A stretch of 64,000 bases of DNA from Macrostomum lignano. Its lineage: Eukaryota. The stretch lies in assembly GCA_002269645.1 (NCBI GenBank), contig NIVC01000363.1:62001-126000 (forward strand). The letters run 5' to 3'. Position numbers and translations under genes: made by a program. Below are positions 51,996 to 64,000 of this stretch, one piece after another. The notes under the pieces are model-generated. The model did not search any database, was not told the DNA's origin, and saw only the letters and a program-made list of their open reading frames with translations. Position 1 is the first letter of the stretch, and every line of letters starts with the position of its first letter.

Positions 51996-52153
51996 GTCTT
52001 CCCCCAAGCTGGGAAGCAGAGAGAGATAAATAAAGAAGCCCGAGGCCTGGCGCCTCTGTAAGAAGCTACGAACCAAGATCGAGCTGGCCTACGAGGCTCA
52101 CACGCACGCTCGTGCACAATCTTATTCTTATTCATTTGGAGCTAGACTCCACA
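51996..52153 (+). repeat. 3' LTR, lacking its first ~170 bp
   Basis: Matches 47786-47943; directly preceded by the purine tract GGTAGGGAAG. Confidence 0.9.
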
Positions 52154-52855
52154 CAGGCCTCACATCCGGCTTCACTCAAAGATGTGTTTTCGAATTCGAG
52201 GCCAGCCCGAACTATCACGGGGGCTTCCTACGCTGCGCTTCCAGGCACGGCGGCACTGCCTCAGGTTACAGCTGGTGGCAGATTGAACAAGTCCTGGAAA
52301 TGAACGGTTAGTTACACTTGTTAAATTGGTGGAAAATGCAGGATCTTTTATCTTTCATAATTATACACTAGTCCTATATCACAACATTAAATCCTGACAT
52401 TTAAATAAATATAATAAAAATGATTGCTAAATATTGTCATATCCAGTGAATCCCAGCAACATGCGTTTGGATGCTCCACCTCTTTGGCTAGCCGGATATC
52501 CGGTCAATGTGACGTTCGAATCGTTCGATTCCTATCCGGCTCCGAGGCATCAGTGCCGGATTGAGGCGAGTGCTGCAGCCGCCGCGGCAACTCCGTGGAA
52601 TATGACACTTTTGTCCACGGTGAGTGACGATTCTGTGCTAAGAGTGCTTGAGTTGGTGAATGAATTTAGATCTACGGTTGAAGTATCTGCGATGATCTTG
52701 TCGATCTGGTCCGGGTTTTGTTCCTTGAGAACGGTTCTGCAGTCCCAGGCTTTCAGGAGGTGGTCAGGATAAGGACCACTATAGTAAAACTCAAAGATCG
52801 TGTAATTTTTTTAGGCCAATATCCTGTAAAAAAGACTTTTTTAATCACATTATCA

Positions 52856-52990
52856 ATGACAATTCACACAACCAGACAGTTCACATAATCAGACAATTCA
52901 CACAATCAGACAATTCACATAATCAGACAGTTCACATAATCAGACAATTCACATAATCAGACAATTCACATTATAAGACAGTCTCACAAT
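52856..52990. repeat. 17-bp tandem repeat (AATCAGACAATTCACAT), about 8 units
   Basis: Direct reading. Confidence 0.9.
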
Positions 52991-54213
52991 CATAGAATTC
53001 AAAGTCAGACAATTTAGAATCAGACGTGTCACAATAATCCGTTTTAAGTGCTTTAACTTAGGCTACTACAAGTAGACACTTCAGAAATATCAAGGCAGCT
53101 CCAAATTAATAAGCATTTTCTTTGGCCGTCCAAACCGCAGCTGAGACACTCAGCTCCACTCCAAATCCCGCGATAGATTTGTCCCAGCATTAGTGCTGGC
53201 ATCCGCTGTGTAGAATTAGGGGAACGGTTGGGAAAGAGATTGCTTGGTAGTTGCACGTACATTTAACTCTATCTGGCATCACTCCGTGTACATAGAGGCC
53301 ATTCTAACTGTCTTGCCTGCCCCCCAAAACGAAAAAACGTAATAACTACGTTGCCTACCCCAGCTGCAACAACTATTAGACTGCACTGCACTGCTATTCT
53401 TTCATTCGGAGCATTCTACCAGTAGACTCAGCTTCAATTTCAAGTTTCGTCATTATATTTCAAGAAGGTAAGCTGCAGTATGCTAATAAACATTATATTC
53501 TAGAAATTTCCAACTAATTCATAAGTCAGAAGTTCTGTGCTTTTCTAGAAACTCCCATTCTGGCATCTTTGTTATATCGTGTGAAAACTTGTAGAATATT
53601 CCGAGACCTTCATCAGCAATATAAATAAATATAGACGCTTCCGCGCTTCGGTTCTTTTTGAACCTCTCCATCCTTTCTTAAAGAGTCATACAGCCCAGCT
53701 CATTTTTGTATACGAGCCATCTTCTAGTCTTGAACGAAACTTAATAAAGTAGCTTAAGTGTCGAAAGAGGAGCCACGCTGCAGTAACAGGTAGTGCAAGT
53801 ATTTGTATATATTACAGTAGATTTATTTAATATGAATTAGAAGCTTTTCGCGCGCGTGTAAAATTCGCCGTGCTAATTGTGGATTTAGGATTGGGAAGAG
53901 TACGGTTTTCCCGCGGAATTCCCGGCATTGGTTCCATGTTTAGTAAAAACTGGCCATTTTTGCGGCAAAACACTATGATAACTTTAGACACAGCTAGTGC
54001 AGGCCGTCAGTATTACACAAGATTGTGCAATCTTTCTGCTTGTACCTTGTTCACAAACTGACGGCTTATGCCAAAAATAGTAATTAAGGCTAATTGAAAG
54101 ATTATATTTTACTGATACAATCCAGTCCCGCCTGCCTTAATTAAAGACAGAAATTTTTCTGTAACGAAAACATATAGCCTATAATCTTAATTTTAAACTT
54201 TCAATTTTTTAGA

Positions 54214-60225
<6,012 letters not shown>

Positions 60226-61654
60226 CGAAGCATTTCTTTTGACAGACTTTTTTACTGTTCGCATGATGTAGCTAATCGGTGCAGTTTTTTGAGCCATGGA
60301 AGCAATTCACCTTAATTTAATTTTATAATAATTACTCACGTATTAACTAGTAGCTAGTGGGCTAGTCTTATTATAAAGAATAGTGTTATTATAGATAATT
60401 AATATTATCAATAGCTGGTACTATATTATTGCATTATTATTTCTATTAATATTACCGTAGCATCATGATTTTTATTTTTTGTCGCGCGCCACATGCTTTG
60501 CTTTTGAAACTTCACAATAGCAATCCGACCCGCTTAAATTTTGTATCTTCTCATATGTTTTCTCTCTAATCTCCTCCCTTAACTTCTCTCCCTTCTCTTC
60601 TCTCTCCTCTTCAATTAAATCCCTTCTCTCGTGTTATGTCTCATCTCTTCTCCTTTATTCCCTCGCCTCTCCTGTCTACTGTCTCCCTTCTCTCTTTCCT
60701 ACCCCCTCTCCCCTCTCCTGGCCCGCAGTCCTGCACTGGCTTCTCTAGCTAAAAACAAACTAATTTAGTCAGTGTTCGTTGGCGTAATTTAAAATTGTTT
60801 GTAACCTCTTGAGTCTAATTTTTTCTAGTTTATTTTAAGTTTTTTCTGTACAAGTTTATGGTCTAACCGTCTGTGAGCGTAAGTCTTTTTTTGTTAGCAA
60901 TAATTAATAGTTCGATTTAAATAAAAGATGTTTACCAGCCTTGCTACCATAGACTCAGCTCATTAATCTACTTTTAGTGATTACTGTTATTATACCTAGA
61001 TCTTATAAAACTCTTTTTTATACATTTAGTTGCTAGTAATTTCTTTCACATCAATTCCAATTTCTACGAGTAGATTCATATCGACCTCTATTATGTCAAG
61101 CATATATAGACAATATGATATTCTATATTGAGTCTGTGGCAGAATCAATACATACTTTTTTAAGTATTCAAGAAGTTTATAAAAACAATGTAAACAAAAA
61201 TTGTTCCAGTTTTCTCCAATTTGCATGCGATACTACTTCCAATGGCCGCAAAAAATAAAACACGATTCTTATTCTCGTTGAAAGCTTTTTTCCTAGAAAT
61301 TTAAATTCTCCAAAGTTATTTAACAAATTTTGTGTAAACATAAAAACTGAAGCATAGCCAGTCAGAGATGATAAAATATGATAGTGCAGATTTTGCTAAT
61401 TACTGAACCTCCTGCGTGCACTGGCGCAGTGCAAAGACGTGCACGGATAGATTAAAACAAAATAAACCGATGTATTTTAACTATAAGTTAACGAACTTCA
61501 CCATAACTAATCCTTATAAAAGAGGAAATGTACAGCATACACGCCATAGCTGCCTATTTATGTGACTGGCCTAGATTTCTATATATATATATTCTTCCAT
61601 ATTTTGGTAGTCTTCTTAGATTCAGCAATCCGTATACCGTAAGCGACTTATAAA

Positions 61655-64000
61655 ATGTATCTTCAAACAACCGTGACATTCATCTGCACTTGCGCAGTGC
61701 TCATCTGCTTGAGCAGCTCCGTGAGCAGCGACTGCCACCAGTCAACTCGAACTGTCGATCTAAACTACGGAACAATAGCACAGATATGGCAGGCACCCAG
61801 CAACCGGATAGACTGTCTCGGATTGATCTCCAACAACAACACTAGCGATGAGTTTCCTGCAAGTCGCCAGCTCAAATTCGGGCCCAGTTGGCTGGTTCTG
61901 CAATTGAAACAGCCGATGAAAATTGCAAGCATTGATATTATCCAAGGTACAGGTGAGTGCAGAGTGCCAGTACTGTGCAGGGTACACAGAATTTACAGCG
62001 GGTCATGACTTTCTAATCGTCAGGCATGCAGTCTCTGTGCCTTAGGGGTTGGTCCTCATGGCAAGACAACCCACCAGGCAAATTTCATGCACCAAAAGGC
62101 TCAAATGAATTATGCGGCCGCGCACGGAAATCGAACCTACTCAAGGCTACTCAAAATTTTCATGATAGACTTAAAATATGGTTATTAGAGAGGGGGTTGT
62201 ACATGTAGCCTAGTGGTTAGAGAGTCGGACTTACGACTTGAATGGCGGGGGTTTGACACAACTCTGAATTGCTACAATTCCACCCAGCTGTAAAATGGGT
62301 GCCAGCATTTAGCTGGGGTAATTGAGGCTGTGTGTGGCGACCCCCTACAGTCCCCCCAGCAATAGCTTCGGCTGAGCTGTCGGTTGCACATCTGGCCATT
62401 AGGGCAGATATGTAATCCATTATTGCAATATAACTATTACAATAAACACGAAATCCCCACCAACTCAACAAAGGTGTGAAAGCATTTGGCTCACTGTCCC
62501 TGCCGCTGGCGATAAAGTTTGAGGACCCGTGCCGAACCCGGTTGAGCGTGATCAATAACGGCACAGATTGGCGACCACTGATCGGTCACGTGGCTTCTGC
62601 AAACCAGGTGTGAATGAAAAGCATTAAGTGACTATTAGCTAGTTGGTCAATTTCAAAACTGACTTAACTTTACACACATATTTACAGAAGCCCGTTGCCT
62701 ACATGATGCTGAACAGCTCGACGAATGCACTGAGGTGGCAAGCGATAAATATCACAGGTAAACAGACTCGAGTCAATACGCTCAAACTCCCAAGCTATTC
62801 AGAAGAAACAATAAATTCGAAGAAAGTAGTTGTGCATCACATTTTTCTATTTTCGAGACGGGTTGATTGTCCACTAAAGCAGGGGCATCAGGGGCTTTAG
62901 CACCATGGGCGCCAGCACCAGGGGCGCCAGCACCAGGGGCGCCAGCACCATGCATGGGCGCCAGCACCAGGGGCGCCAGCACCAGGGGCGCCAGCACCAG
63001 GGGCGCCAGCACCAGGGGCGCCAGCACCAGGGGCGCCAGCACCAGGGGCGCCAGCACCAGGGGCACCAGCACCAGGGGCGCCAGCACCAGGGGCGCCAGC
63101 ACCAGGGGCGCCAGCACCAGGGGCGCCAGCACCAGGGGCGCCAGCACCAGGGGCGCCAGCACCAGGGGCGCCAGCACCAGGGGCGCCAGCACCAGGGGCG
63201 CCAGCACCAGGGGCGCCAGCACCAGGGGCGCCAGCACCAGGGGCGCCAGCACCAGGGGCGCCAGCACCAGGGGCGCCAGCACCAGGGGCGCCAGCACCAG
63301 GGGCTTTAGCACCAGGGGCTTTAGCACCAGGGGCTTTAGCACCAGGGGCGCCAGCATCAGGGGCGCCAGCATCAGGGGCGCCAGCACCAGGGGCTTTAGC
63401 ACCAGGGGCGCCAGCACCAGGGGCGCCAGCACCACGGGCGCCAGCACCAGGGGCGCCAGCACCAGGGGCGCCAGCACCATGCATGGGCGCCAGCACCAGG
63501 GGCGCCAGCACCAGGGGCGCCAGCACCAGGGGCGCCAGCACCAGGGGCGCCAGCACCAGGGGCGCCAGCACCAGGGGCGCCAGCACCAGGGGCGCCAGCA
63601 CCAGGGGCGCCAGCACCAGGGGCTTTAGCACCAGGGGCTTTAGCACCAGGGGCGCCAGCACCATTGGCGCCAACACACGCTATAAAATATATTTGAGTAC
63701 AATAAATCGATTTTAAGTATTCCACATAACAACCAATTGTCTAAAAAACATTTAAGGTGCCCAGCCGCGGCTGCAACTACTGTCAAATGAGACCTACATA
63801 TACTGTAGCAGCCTTGCTCAGTCACTCAGCTTGACCCTTGGCGACAAAATCTGTTTCAATGTAGCTGAGAAACGCTGCGACAACGGAGCCGCTTCTGAAA
63901 TTGATTGCGACATTGCTGCTCTCGATGGCAAAGTTTCGAGAGTTAATAAGGTGAGTTTTCTCAGGTGTTATCGTAGATTTTCATCATAAACCGGATGTAC
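61655..64000 (+). CDS. Gene A2, paralog of A1; 5' four exons (continues beyond window)
   Basis: Exons 61655-61952, 62447-62607, 62688-62757 and 63757-63950 have lengths 298/161/70/194 and read through in phase; the exon 2 acceptor is AA rather than AG. Confidence 0.72.
62190..62440 (+). mobile_element. Internally deleted copy of the CORE-type SINE, same intron position as in A1
   Basis: TAGCCTAGTGGTTAG A box; shared CACCCAGCTGTAAAATGGGTGCC...GAGCTGTCGGTTGCACATCTG. Confidence 0.75.
62880..63672. repeat. 15-bp minisatellite (GGGGCGCCAGCACCA), about 52 units, intron 3 of A2
   Basis: Direct reading; minor GGGGCTTTAGCACCA units match the A1 array. Confidence 0.95.

Larger units (their letters stand above)
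47616..52153 (+). mobile_element. Ty3/Gypsy LTR retrotransposon (4.54 kb)
   Basis: TG...CA termini; 5-bp TSD CAGGC at 47611-47615 and 52154-52158; PBS, PPT and gag-PR-RT-RH-IN domain order. Confidence 0.96.
45227..52619 (+). pseudogene. Gene A1: signal-peptide protein with discoidin-like and Ig-like regions; disrupted
   Basis: Exons 45227-45524, 46070-46230, 46311-46380, 46699-46894, 47598-47615 + 52159-52306 and 52447-52619 join in phase. Lesions: AT in place of GT at 46231, a +2 insertion at 46813-46814 relative to the paralog, and a Gypsy inside exon 5. N-terminus MYLQTTVTFICTCTVLICLSSSVSSD is signal-like. Domain calls are resemblance only; the 3' end is not resolved. Confidence 0.7.
61200..64000 (+). 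other. Segmental duplication of about 44800-46960 (upstream region plus exons 1-4 of gene A)
   Basis: Colinear matches in upstream DNA, exons and introns; ATG offset 16428 bp. Confidence 0.9.

Noticed and set aside
52620-53470. Further exons of gene A1 (52620-52759, 53062-53175, 53363-53467)
   Set aside because: Coding-like, but phases and splice sites could not be joined unambiguously and one candidate contains a stop.
62782-63725. GAPGA/RGAST/QGRQH elastin- or collagen-like ORFs
   Set aside because: A 15-bp minisatellite inside an intron defined by the paralog.

Overview
Animal (invertebrate-type) genomic DNA with spliceosomal introns; no prokaryotic genes and no CRISPR. The first 41 kb is almost entirely a stack of six Helitron rolling-circle transposons joined head to tail, all on the + strand: the 3' end of copy A0 (1-1027); autonomous-type copy A (1028-10856), whose 9-exon STPR-repeat/OTU-protease/Rep/Pif1-helicase gene has two frameshifts and a GG donor; non-autonomous B (10857-13214); a near-identical dimer C1/C2 (13605-16385); and a 24.6-kb non-autonomous element D (16387-40988), about 23 kb of which is a 24-bp satellite with nested higher-order repeats. 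Each element carries its own tandem arrays. The remainder holds a hAT-type MITE; two paralogous genes for a secreted/surface protein (A1 from 45227, broken by a young Ty3/Gypsy inserted in an exon; A2 from 61655, running off the window); and, between them, an apparently intact 6-exon gene for an unrecognised 395-aa single-pass membrane protein whose long introns are filled with repeats. Most long ORFs in the supplied track are artefacts of stop-free tandem repeats. Coordinates, splice phases and copy counts were derived by eye; no alignment or database search was run.
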